Below, piece after piece: positions 56,001 through 64,000 of a stretch of DNA of 64,000 nt; the first letter of the stretch is position 1, and every line of letters begins with the position of its first letter. The notes beneath the pieces are model-generated. The model was not told where the DNA came from. It searched no databases and saw only the letters and a list, made by a program, of their open reading frames with translations. The DNA lies in IMG/VR virus record IMGVR_UViG_3300038393_003162, positions 84,407 to 148,406 of that record; one strand, written 5' to 3'. This DNA is from a virus (Duplodnaviria; Heunggongvirae; Uroviricota; Caudoviricetes). A program made the translations under genes and the position numbers.

Positions 56001-57389
56001 TTATTCGTCGTCGATGTCGAGTGCCGAAAGGTCCAAGCCTCCGACCTTCGCCATCGACATGTCGTCATCGCCGTCGAGGTCTTCGAAGAAATCGAAGTCA
56101 TCGTCGTCGTCATCTTCATCATCGTCATCATCGAGGTCGCGATCCTGAACCGGGACAGTCCTCGGCTTGGTCGCTTCCACGCCCCAGACGCCGGATTCCT
56201 GGCAGAAATCACGAAGAACGCTGGCAAGATCTCGCTTGCCGGTGGCGATGCCCTGTGCGATGGCAACCGCGCACTCGACCAATTGTCGCGGGATCATGTT
56301 GCCGGTCTCTTCATCGAGAGGGTCATCCCCGTCACTCAGGGCGAGGATGACATTGCCTCCTTCGACGTAGTGTTCCCGGATCTGTGCGGCATTGAGGGTC
56401 TTGTTGCCATGTGGGTCAATCCCCACGCGGAATGCACCCTCAGCAATATCGCTCTGCGACGGTACCGGCTTGGACTCGGACACCTGCTGCTTCCGCTGCA
56501 GGGCTTTTTTGACCGTCTTCTGCGCTCGTTCGACCTTCTGTTTTGCCTTCTCGACCCTCTTGGGGTCAGCATTTTGCCTCCGAAGCCGGACCTGCTCGCT
56601 GAATGCTTCCTCCAGGCTGGTGTTCGCTTCCTGGAGTTCGGTCTCGACCTTTTCCTTGGTGGCTTCGTGTCGTTCGGTCGCGATCGTGTTCGCTGCCTCG
56701 ATGATCGGAGCCTGGACTTCTGGCTCATAATCCATGAGCTTCTGAGCCACCGACCGATTGATCTCACCCGACCGAAGTCGTTCGTAATTCTCGGGGGTGA
56801 GCCGTTGCGCGAAGCCATGGGTATGTGAGAGCCACGCCTGGCTCTTGCCCAAGAGTTCCGCTTGATCCTTGCGAGACATTCCCTGGGTTTCCAGGGTGGC
56901 ACACAGGTCGATCACGTCAGCATCAGAAAGAGGGATCTGCTTATCATTCTCGATGAAGGCGAGCCGAACGGCGCGGCGATCATCGCACTTACCTTGGACC
57001 AGGCAACGAACAACCTTGTAGACCTCGGAAGCCGGGGCGTGTTCGCCAGTTTCCTGGTTGAACACCACTCGATCCTCTTCGACGAGAGTAAGGAGGGCGC
57101 GGGTCCGACGTTCTCCGGCGACGAGTTCAAAAAGTTTCTTGGTAGGATTGTCGGGGTCGGGGATCTGCCGAAGTAAGAGATTTTTCAGAAGACCATCTTG
57201 GGCAATGCTGTCGGCCAATTCTCGCATGCTCTCGGGATCGAATCCCTTTCGTTTGCGAGGATTGCTTGGTCCGATGTGGATCTCGACAAGCGGGATCTCG
57301 ATGTTGGCTGCCCCACCAGCCTCCAAGACCTGGCGAACTTTGTCGGTCAGAAGAATGGTGCTATTGTCCTTTTGGGCGTTCTTCGCCAT
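56001..57389 (-). CDS. ParB/Spo0J-family protein with coiled coil and acidic tail
   Basis: NPRK, LADSIAQDGLL, LVAGERRTRA, AFIEN, HTH GKSQAWLS; SD AAGGA. Confidence 0.85.
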   Translation of the reverse strand: MAKNAQKDNSTILLTDKVRQVLEAGGAANIEIPLVEIHIGPSNPRKRKGFDPESMRELADSIAQDGLLKNLLLRQIPDPDNPTKKLFELVAGERRTRALLTLVEEDRVVFNQETGEHAPASEVYKVVRCLVQGKCDDRRAVRLAFIENDKQIPLSDADVIDLCATLETQGMSRKDQAELLGKSQAWLSHTHGFAQRLTPENYERLRSGEINRSVAQKLMDYEPEVQAPIIEAANTIATERHEATKEKVETELQEANTSLEEAFSEQVRLRRQNADPKRVEKAKQKVERAQKTVKKALQRKQQVSESKPVPSQSDIAEGAFRVGIDPHGNKTLNAAQIREHYVEGGNVILALSDGDDPLDEETGNMIPRQLVECAVAIAQGIATGKRDLASVLRDFCQESGVWGVEATKPRTVPVQDRDLDDDDDEDDDDDDFDFFEDLDGDDDMSMAKVGGLDLSALDIDDE

Positions 57390-57527
57390 GAGAATCCTTC
57401 CTTTTTTCCGCGACGTCTTCGTCACGATGATGGGGAGGGCATGAGGGATCGACATGATCTCTCCATGCCAAAGGCAGAAAGATTCTCGCATCACTCCTTG
57501 CGTGAATGCCGTCTGCCACTGACACCC

Positions 57528-57556
57528 ATCATGGCGTGATTCGCCCAAAATGTCAA
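57528..57556 (-). promoter_or_regulatory. Sigma70-type promoter TTGACA-17-CATGAT
   Basis: Consensus -35 with 17-nt spacer, ~135-nt leader to the ParB gene. Confidence 0.6.
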
Positions 57557-57604
57557 TCACTTTGACCCTAAAATTTTCACCAGTGCCCTTTTAGCACCAA
57601 AAAT

Positions 57605-58291
57605 TCACGCATTATCGTCCTCATCTGCCAGTTTAAAATGATGTCCACATTTGTCACATCTGATGCATAGTGGATACTTGCCATTGGGGTGTCGCCCCGA
57701 GCGAATGGTGTTGTGGGGAGGTGGGCAAGCACACTGATATTTCAACTGGCATTGCTTGCGTGTGAAGAGGTGGCTATTCTCGCGCATCTCCTGTTTCGCC
57801 AACTGGAACAATTCATGATCAAAATCGAATTTATCGATGAGACGAGACAGGTAATCCCGATCCTCATCATTGGGCGGCAAATAATCGGTGCCCGAGGTTG
57901 GCGCTGACAGTTGGATCAGTCCCCATCCCCGAGTCGGGTGTTTTAGTACATAAAACCCCAAACAAGTCGCCGTCCGAAAGAACGCTTGGTTGTGGTACTG
58001 GCTCGGAGTACAGTCAGATTTGCCCCGAGAATCATTGTACCAATGAATCATCTCGTGAACGAATTCGCAAATCAATTCTTCATAACTGAGCTTCTTCACG
58101 CCGAGACCAACCACGAAATACTTGGTCTCTTTTGAGTACCTAAAACTGAACTTCTTCCAGAAGTCGCACCGGAAGACCGGTCGATTCCTCGGCGTGCCGT
58201 GACACGACACAGAAAACAGTTTCCCCTTGAAGTGATCAAAAAGACGCTCAAGCTCGGCAATCAGTGCGGTCTGTGTCGTGTCGGTTGTCAT
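57605..58291 (-). CDS. SprT-like zinc metalloprotease
   Basis: FVHEMIHW, HNQAF, C-terminal CAC...CDKC. Confidence 0.75.
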   Translation of the reverse strand: MTTDTTQTALIAELERLFDHFKGKLFSVSCHGTPRNRPVFRCDFWKKFSFRYSKETKYFVVGLGVKKLSYEELICEFVHEMIHWYNDSRGKSDCTPSQYHNQAFFRTATCLGFYVLKHPTRGWGLIQLSAPTSGTDYLPPNDEDRDYLSRLIDKFDFDHELFQLAKQEMRENSHLFTRKQCQLKYQCACPPPHNTIRSGRHPNGKYPLCIRCDKCGHHFKLADEDDNA

Positions 58292-58309
58292 AAAAATCCC
58301 TCACATGCC

Positions 58310-58687
58310 TTACGGCAAATCCTGATGCGGAGAAAGCGAATGATTGTACGGTCCATAAGGTGTATACGGATTCGATTTATGGACCGCATTCCCGGTGTCG
58401 GGAGGATACCTCTTGATCTCCTTGGATGGTTGGGTTCCAGCGAATTGGTTATGAGTGTACGTCGTCGCAGTCGAGGTTGGAGTAGTATAAGTCGTTACAT
58501 TCGTCGGAAGGACATACAAGTTTTTCCGAGGACGAGTGACATCGGTAATTTTGTATTCCAACGAACATTCGGTCGCAAAGATGGGTTTCCGGCACTCTGA
58601 ACACATCATGGAAAGACGTTCGAAGTAAAAGCCGCTGTCAAGACCGACGTTCTTCAAACAGTGCGGGCATTTTCGTGGACGAGACAT
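58310..58687 (-). CDS. Zinc-finger hypothetical protein
   Basis: CPHC...CSEC; SD AAGGA. Confidence 0.55.
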   Translation of the reverse strand: MSRPRKCPHCLKNVGLDSGFYFERLSMMCSECRKPIFATECSLEYKITDVTRPRKNLYVLPTNVTTYTTPTSTATTYTHNQFAGTQPSKEIKRYPPDTGNAVHKSNPYTPYGPYNHSLSPHQDLP

Positions 58688-58791
58688 TATGCGAATTCCT
58701 TTTCTTGTGTTGGAAATTACTGAAAAAGGACGGACCCACCATGAACGGGTCCGTCCTTTTCGGTTCGAATTGCGGTCGCGTTCGCGGAAAC

Positions 58792-58995
58792 TCACACCCT
58801 CCCGACGGTGTTGAGATGTTTGGTTCGCCCATTCTTGGGGGCGGAATCATTCAGCAATTCATGGCGGAAGACAGACACATCTTTTGGTGCCGTGATCCCC
58901 AGCCGGATCTGCCCCTTATCGATTTTGACCACCGTGATAACGATGTCGTCCCCGATCATCACCTTCTCTGCGAGTTTGCGACTGAGAACAAGCAT
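58792..58995 (-). CDS. csrA: Carbon storage regulator CsrA/RsmA homolog (copy 2)
   Basis: MLVLSRKLAEKVMIGDDIVITVVKID...IRLGITAPKDVSVFRHEL; SD GGAGG. Confidence 0.93.
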   Translation of the reverse strand: MLVLSRKLAEKVMIGDDIVITVVKIDKGQIRLGITAPKDVSVFRHELLNDSAPKNGRTKHLNTVGRV

Positions 58996-59231
58996 TGATG
59001 CTCCTCCGTGAAAACGAGGAAGTTCCCTGAACGGAACCGCGATGACTCAAATCGAACGATAGCATCTTACCGTGATTTCGAAACCGAGTAAAGAGCGATT
59101 TGCTGTAATTTCCAAAAGCCGGTTTACAGATCATCACAACCACAGTTACAGTGAACAGGAACGTCTTATAAATCTAATTTCACGCCCTAGAGGCATTCAG
59201 TACAAATTCTCTTCTGGCAAGGACTAAACAG

Positions 59232-60482
59232 ATGGTCAGTTCCGACGCCCTCGTCGACCGGATTCACGAAACACCCCACAGAGGCGTCATTCTCACAGCC
59301 GGTGGCGGCAGCGGTATTTTCCCGCTCTTGATGCGTCGGGGCGGCGCATCAGCCACCATCCTCGACGGCGGAATTCCGCATGGTCTCAAGGCAGTGCCGC
59401 GTTGGCTCAAACTGGACGAGGCAAATCCTTCCCGCTGGCCCAAAGCCGTGTCCAAAGAAGTTGCTCGCGGTCTTGCCATGGCTGCCTATTATCACGCACG
59501 TTCCCTCAACGACAACTCCCCCAGCTTCGGCGTCGGCTGCACCGTGTCCCTCGCCAAGAATAATGCCGAACGAGCCGGTAGGGAACACCGCGTCTATGCC
59601 GCCGTCCAAACAGACTCAATGACGCACGAGCGATGGCTCATCTTCCCGCCCAATGGAAATCGCCTCCAGGAAGAGGAAATAGTCGAGAAGATACTCCTTG
59701 ATTTGGTCGCAGTCGCGTGCAACATCGAGGATCGTTGCTGGCAATTCGACAGCGACGACGGACAATATGGATCATGCTATGCTACCGCGACTTCCTGCCA
59801 CCATGCCGACTTGCCCAGCTTGCTCAACAACCCATCATCGCATGCTTACATTGTTTTTAAGTTGAAGGGATCGAAAAAATTCCCCGAAGGAATTCCGAAA
59901 AAGGAATTCGAAGATCCGGCGAACCAAAAGAGGGCAATCCTCTCGGCGAGCTTCAATCCGATCCATGATGGTCACCGCCGAATGCGTGCGATCACCAGCC
60001 AACGAACCGGATTGCCATGCCACCTGGAATTGACGCTGAGGAATGCCGCCAAGTTGCCGCTCGATTACCTTTCCCTGCAAGAGCGGCTCCATTCCTTGCG
60101 GGATGAGACCGGCTTCCTGATCATCTCTAATGCCTCAACCTTCGTTGACAAGGCGTGGTTGTTCCCCAACACCACGTTTGCCGTGGGTCACGACACGGCA
60201 ATGCGGATCATGGACTCCAAGTATTACGGATCGAGTTCCCAGAGCCTTGAGTTCATGTATCAGAACCTCATCGATCTCGATGCGTCATTCCTGGTCTTTG
60301 GTCGGACAACCGCCGACAACACATTCCAAACCATTGACCCGACAGAGCCTTCGTGCTTCCCCGAATCCATGAGTTACAAATACTGGAGCAAGCACTGCCA
60401 CGTGGTCCCCGAATCCGAGTTCCGCCAAGATGTCTCTTCCACCTCAATCAGAGAGGCGATGACCAATGGGCGACGTTGCTGA
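59232..60482 (+). CDS. CinA-like domain fused to nicotinate/nicotinamide-nucleotide adenylyltransferase-like domain
   Basis: N-terminal GGGS...GASATIL; C-terminal SFNPIHDGH (HxGH), VGHDT, VSSTSIR. Confidence 0.75.
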   Translation: MVSSDALVDRIHETPHRGVILTAGGGSGIFPLLMRRGGASATILDGGIPHGLKAVPRWLKLDEANPSRWPKAVSKEVARGLAMAAYYHARSLNDNSPSFGVGCTVSLAKNNAERAGREHRVYAAVQTDSMTHERWLIFPPNGNRLQEEEIVEKILLDLVAVACNIEDRCWQFDSDDGQYGSCYATATSCHHADLPSLLNNPSSHAYIVFKLKGSKKFPEGIPKKEFEDPANQKRAILSASFNPIHDGHRRMRAITSQRTGLPCHLELTLRNAAKLPLDYLSLQERLHSLRDETGFLIISNASTFVDKAWLFPNTTFAVGHDTAMRIMDSKYYGSSSQSLEFMYQNLIDLDASFLVFGRTTADNTFQTIDPTEPSCFPESMSYKYWSKHCHVVPESEFRQDVSSTSIREAMTNGRRC

Positions 60483-60620
60483 TTCCGCTCGCGATGGTTC
60501 CTGTTGCTCTCTCTGCGGTTCGTTCATCACGGACCAGCCACCCGGTCATCCGCAATACTGTAGCAAGGAATGCTGGGAGCGATCCCAGCCGAAGCCTCCC
60601 GGCAAGAAGGAAAAACCAAG

Positions 60621-61388
60621 ATGAAGCCAACTGCTCTTTCGCACTTCGCCAACCATCCTTGGAGTGAAAACGAAAGGATCACTTTAATCAGGATCGGAAC
60701 CGCCTTCGTCTCTAGGCACGAGACCAAGAACAAGAGAGAAGGGGACAAGATACACTTTGACCTCTGGGAACCACAGGCGATCACCAGTTTCGATGCCGAT
60801 GATTGCCTCATCGACAAGAAAGGATCGGTCTACGCCCGCGTAACCGCTGGACCAAACTACTTTCCGCGCGGAGCCAAGCTGAAATCTCGCTACAAGTTCC
60901 TCTCCGCGAAGATGGAATTTTCACATCATTGGCACAGCCTCAATCGCGAACGCATCGAGATCATCTGCCATACCGTCTTCCCGGAATCCCGCAACGGTTA
61001 TTCGCGACGACATGGCGGTGTCACCATTCTCCAGCCCCCAAGGCTCACGACCGACGACCTGAACGATCTCAACGCATCTGGAGTTCCTCTGAAGCCTTAT
61101 GAGGGCAGGAAAGTCTTCAATCCAATTCTCGGAACGGGGGAATTGGTCGATCTCAACCTCAAGACTTCCTACGGTGAACGGATCAAGCCGCCTTTTATGG
61201 CTGTGAAGTGGCGTCAACAATGCAAAAAATGTTCCCGCCGAACAACAGTCTATACGGCGACATATCAGTTCCTATGCAATGGAAAATGCAGAGCAATCGA
61301 TCCCAAAACGGGCTATCGCCCGACGGCTGATCGCTCTGCAAAGGATAAGAGACTAAATATTCTCTGCCATGTCCATGCAAAAAAATGA
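60621..61388 (+). CDS. Hypothetical protein
   Basis: SD AAGGA before MKPTAL; C-terminal Cys/His motifs. Confidence 0.6.
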   Translation: MKPTALSHFANHPWSENERITLIRIGTAFVSRHETKNKREGDKIHFDLWEPQAITSFDADDCLIDKKGSVYARVTAGPNYFPRGAKLKSRYKFLSAKMEFSHHWHSLNRERIEIICHTVFPESRNGYSRRHGGVTILQPPRLTTDDLNDLNASGVPLKPYEGRKVFNPILGTGELVDLNLKTSYGERIKPPFMAVKWRQQCKKCSRRTTVYTATYQFLCNGKCRAIDPKTGYRPTADRSAKDKRLNILCHVHAKK

Positions 61389-61423
61389 ACTACACTCTTC
61401 CCGAGTGATTACTCTAATAGTTC

Positions 61424-62317
61424 ATGGAACTCAAAGTATGGAAGCTGCATCCGGACGGCATGCGTGTTGAAGCCGCCGACAAGACCGTCAAGGGGACCGC
61501 CAATACAGCCGCGACCAAATGGTGTCGCCCCTATTCCCAAGCCAACAGCCTAGGTTGGTATTTGTACCCACCCACGGACCTTGATGTCCTGTGGAAGGGA
61601 TCTAATAAATTTGAATACCGCCACATCTCGGAATACAATGACTACGACTATCATTTTGTCCGTAACCTAATCCGTGCTGAGGACGAGGTCGACCCCAACA
61701 AATGGTCACCACCGGGAGGACGAACCAAGTTCACTTGGGGCGATGCCGACGAAGGCGTGGTGCAGATATGGTCGGGGCTAATACTCAAGACCCCGCCCGA
61801 CTGGTGCCTTCAAATTCGAAGCCCGATCAATTGCGAGCTACCCCACCGGCTCTACAACATCGGTCCCATCTGCTCGATCCAAGAAGGCGTCCTTGAGACC
61901 GACTGGATGCAATACGACATCTGGGTCAATATCCAATTCCACGTCCGCAATAAATGGGTCTACTTCCGAAGGAATCAGAAACTTCCCCTGGCGCAGTTAA
62001 TCCCCATCCATCGGGATTCGCTTTCGCCTGGTGTCGTTCACGAAAGTGCTGTCAATCGCAATACCCCCGAAGGCGAAGAGGTCTTCAAGTATTGGCTGAA
62101 CTACAACCACCAGAAATATGGCAAGCAAGGCAAGCAGCCGCTCTCCAAGCATGACCCCAGCCTGACCAAGGATTCGACCACCTACTACCGGGAACGAAAG
62201 AAAGCCTTAGGCTGTCCCTTTGCTCATGGCAGTGAGCCGAGGCTTGATGAGGCTGTGCCGGTCCTGGAAAAGGACTGTCCCTCTGGGTACGATGTTACCA
62301 CTCGGACCGAAGATTAA
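61424..62317 (+). CDS. DUF6065-like protein
   Basis: WCRPYSQANSLGWYLYPP, LIPIHR pattern. Confidence 0.6.
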   Translation: MELKVWKLHPDGMRVEAADKTVKGTANTAATKWCRPYSQANSLGWYLYPPTDLDVLWKGSNKFEYRHISEYNDYDYHFVRNLIRAEDEVDPNKWSPPGGRTKFTWGDADEGVVQIWSGLILKTPPDWCLQIRSPINCELPHRLYNIGPICSIQEGVLETDWMQYDIWVNIQFHVRNKWVYFRRNQKLPLAQLIPIHRDSLSPGVVHESAVNRNTPEGEEVFKYWLNYNHQKYGKQGKQPLSKHDPSLTKDSTTYYRERKKALGCPFAHGSEPRLDEAVPVLEKDCPSGYDVTTRTED

Positions 62318-63139
62318 TCGGATGTTTTTGTCGCCCAATACTTTCTGAATCATTTCATAATATTCTTTGATGACCAAGGTCGCCAACCCCCGATGGTCGC
62401 CAAAAGCACCACCCGTAAAGTGAAAAAACTTTAAGTCCTCATGAGGGTATTCCGACTCAGTACAATGCTCACCAGAAGACAAGAAACGGACCGCCCGGCT
62501 CAAATCGGCTGTATTACTCAGATAAACAAAAACAGCTTCCTGATTGATGAAATTAGGAATCCTATAGTGTTTGGTCACGTTATGGCGAAATTCATGATCC
62601 TGTAAAGACAGAATCATACAATTTCGCCATAACTCTAAGAATCGTCTGACCGGAGCAGAAGTCTTATCGTAGTAATAGAACCCGACAAGCCCTCTGCGAC
62701 AATTGAACTTGGAAAAATCTGAATCGGATGGGAAAATGGGCTTCAGGTAAAAAATATCCGAATCAGAAAAAACAATGTTAGTTTCCTTAATTCGGTCGGC
62801 GTTTCCGGTGACATCAAAAATACTAGAACAGAAACGATAGGTATTCTGGTTAATCTTAAATTTTTTACTTATTCCGAGATCAGTCCAGTTCTGCCGCTCG
62901 AATTCTATGGGCAAATATGTTGATATTTCAGGTTTTTGTCGGATTACAGTGAAATTCAACTTAGCTGGATAATGCCCCCAATCGGTCTCCGCATCAGAAA
63001 TGTCAACCACATAAACGGGAACTTCGGGATGGTGATACCTGAATGTGGCTATGGAAGGGACAACGGGATATGCTATATCCTTATAGCAAGGTATTTTCGG
63101 ATTCCTGGTCCAGTAATGATAGATGACAGCATAAGACAT
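62207..63139 (-). CDS. Glycosyltransferase-like protein (GT-A)
   Basis: IVFSDSDIFYL (DxD), NQEAVF, FFHFTGG. Confidence 0.6.
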   Translation of the reverse strand: MSYAVIYHYWTRNPKIPCYKDIAYPVVPSIATFRYHHPEVPVYVVDISDAETDWGHYPAKLNFTVIRQKPEISTYLPIEFERQNWTDLGISKKFKINQNTYRFCSSIFDVTGNADRIKETNIVFSDSDIFYLKPIFPSDSDFSKFNCRRGLVGFYYYDKTSAPVRRFLELWRNCMILSLQDHEFRHNVTKHYRIPNFINQEAVFVYLSNTADLSRAVRFLSSGEHCTESEYPHEDLKFFHFTGGAFGDHRGLATLVIKEYYEMIQKVLGDKNIRLIFGPSGNIVPRGTVLFQDRHSLIKPRLTAMSKGTA

Positions 63140-63143
63140 ACAG

Positions 63144-63437
63144 TTATATATTAAATTTTTCCTTAATCATCTCAACCATATCGGCGATCTTTTCTTTCGG
63201 GCTGATCTGAACGTAGACGTTTGTAACGCCTTCTCCGCCGTAGGCATTTATGTTGATACCGCCGAGTACCACCGACCGGGTCCGAAGCGTGCCGGGCGAA
63301 TATCGGTGACGGCACGCTTCGGATCGCCCAATGATCACCCGTTTGACCTCGAAGAAGTTCTCCAGCCAGGAAATCGACTGCCTGACCTCCTTCGAGACCG
63401 AAACGTGCTTTCCTTTCTTGCTATTGGTCGACATCAC
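63144..63437 (-). CDS. Small basic hypothetical protein
   Basis: 97 aa. Confidence 0.55.
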   Translation of the reverse strand: MMSTNSKKGKHVSVSKEVRQSISWLENFFEVKRVIIGRSEACRHRYSPGTLRTRSVVLGGININAYGGEGVTNVYVQISPKEKIADMVEMIKEKFNI

Positions 63438-63841
63438 ATCTCCTTAACAATGCCGGACACCTGAGCTTCAAAAATCAGAGGTATCCAGTTGGTCAAGTCG
63501 TTGCTATGCTTGGGAGATCCGCCTTTGTCGGGGTTGACATAGAGAGTAATATGCGGCGTCTCGTTGTCACAATGGACCACGGGGTCCTTCACGCGGACCG
63601 CCATCGCTCGCTCATCAATCGCCCACGCATCCAGAACGAGCTTGACTTCGGTCCCGAGCAAAGACCGATCGCGGCACTGTCCCAGATTTATCGTCATGTG
63701 ATGAGCGAGCGGATTCCCCTGGACTGTTTCCCTGCGGAAACCTATCGGCATCAGATGGTCCAGGAAAAAATGATTAAACAACATGCACAACCAGTTTTGG
63801 CTAACTTTATCCAAGATAACGCCTGTATACGAAATGCCCAT
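63434..63841 (-). CDS. 2H phosphoesterase (copy C), tRNA-ligase cyclic phosphodiesterase-like
   Basis: HHMTINLG and TPHITLYVN...GSPKHSNDL. Confidence 0.75.
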   Translation of the reverse strand: MGISYTGVILDKVSQNWLCMLFNHFFLDHLMPIGFRRETVQGNPLAHHMTINLGQCRDRSLLGTEVKLVLDAWAIDERAMAVRVKDPVVHCDNETPHITLYVNPDKGGSPKHSNDLTNWIPLIFEAQVSGIVKEM

Positions 63842-63865
63842 TACTTGCCTTTCAAGAACGGTCGG

Positions 63866-63975
63866 GACGACTGAGAGATGTGTAAGAGCCTACTGCCCTG
63901 ATATAAGACCTACTCTAACGAGTGGCATTTGGTTGGGTAGGAAGCCCCGACCTTTTAGGGTCGAGGGTAGTTCAC
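63866..63975 (+). mobile_element. IS200/IS605 (TnpB-type) right-end remnant without transposase or tnpB ORF
   Basis: GAAGCCCCGACC-TTTTAG-GGTCGAGGGTAGTTCAC: subterminal imperfect hairpin 63945-63966 followed by TTCAC; left boundary approximate. Confidence 0.65.
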
Positions 63976-64000
63976 ATCTTGTGCATTGTAGCACAGTTCT

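Noticed and set aside
1-64000. Genome-wide TAG reassignment (genetic code 15)
   Set aside because: Long conserved enzymes (IleRS, GluRS, ClpX, UvrD) are intact under code 11 with no internal TAG, and several TAG stops (1476, 3363, 15047) sit at sensible gene ends. This cannot be excluded for late genes outside the window.
1-64000. Bacterial chromosome origin
   Set aside because: Housekeeping genes lack their usual operon partners (clpP, fab, ruvA, groEL) and are interspersed with a capsid-like gene, homing endonucleases, RNA ligases and many orphans.

Overview
This window is best read as 64 kb of a large (jumbo) T4-like bacteriophage genome. Evidence: dense, mostly minus-strand genes, many small hypotheticals, a diverged gp23-like capsid paralog, GroES, HNH homing endonucleases, two RNA ligases and a phage sigma factor, with scattered host-like genes (ileS, gltX, clpX, prs, folD, acpP, rnhA, two csrA) lacking their normal chromosomal neighbours. 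ClpX and CsrA motifs suggest a Planctomycetota host (inference). The strongest signal is a candidate amber-gated translation circuit. A canonical tRNA with anticodon CUA (33744-33816) co-occurs with a Pth2-family peptidyl-tRNA hydrolase gene whose Shine-Dalgarno-led start is followed by an in-frame TAG at codon 3 (ATG TTG TAG ATT..., 28923-28579). TAG still acts as a normal, rare stop elsewhere, so the genome does not look globally recoded. Other notable items: an orphan HicB-HigA double-antitoxin fusion, three 2H phosphoesterases, a dispersed NAD-salvage gene set, a Mesh1-like HD hydrolase, an AT-rich Z1-helicase/methyltransferase island, an EXD2-C-terminal-like HNH protein, a ~190-nt structured intergenic RNA, a 93-bp dispersed repeat, two recurring upstream motifs and an orphan IS200/IS605 right end. 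All family calls come from motif recognition by eye; no searches were run. Several start codons were re-chosen from Shine-Dalgarno context and differ from the ORF track.
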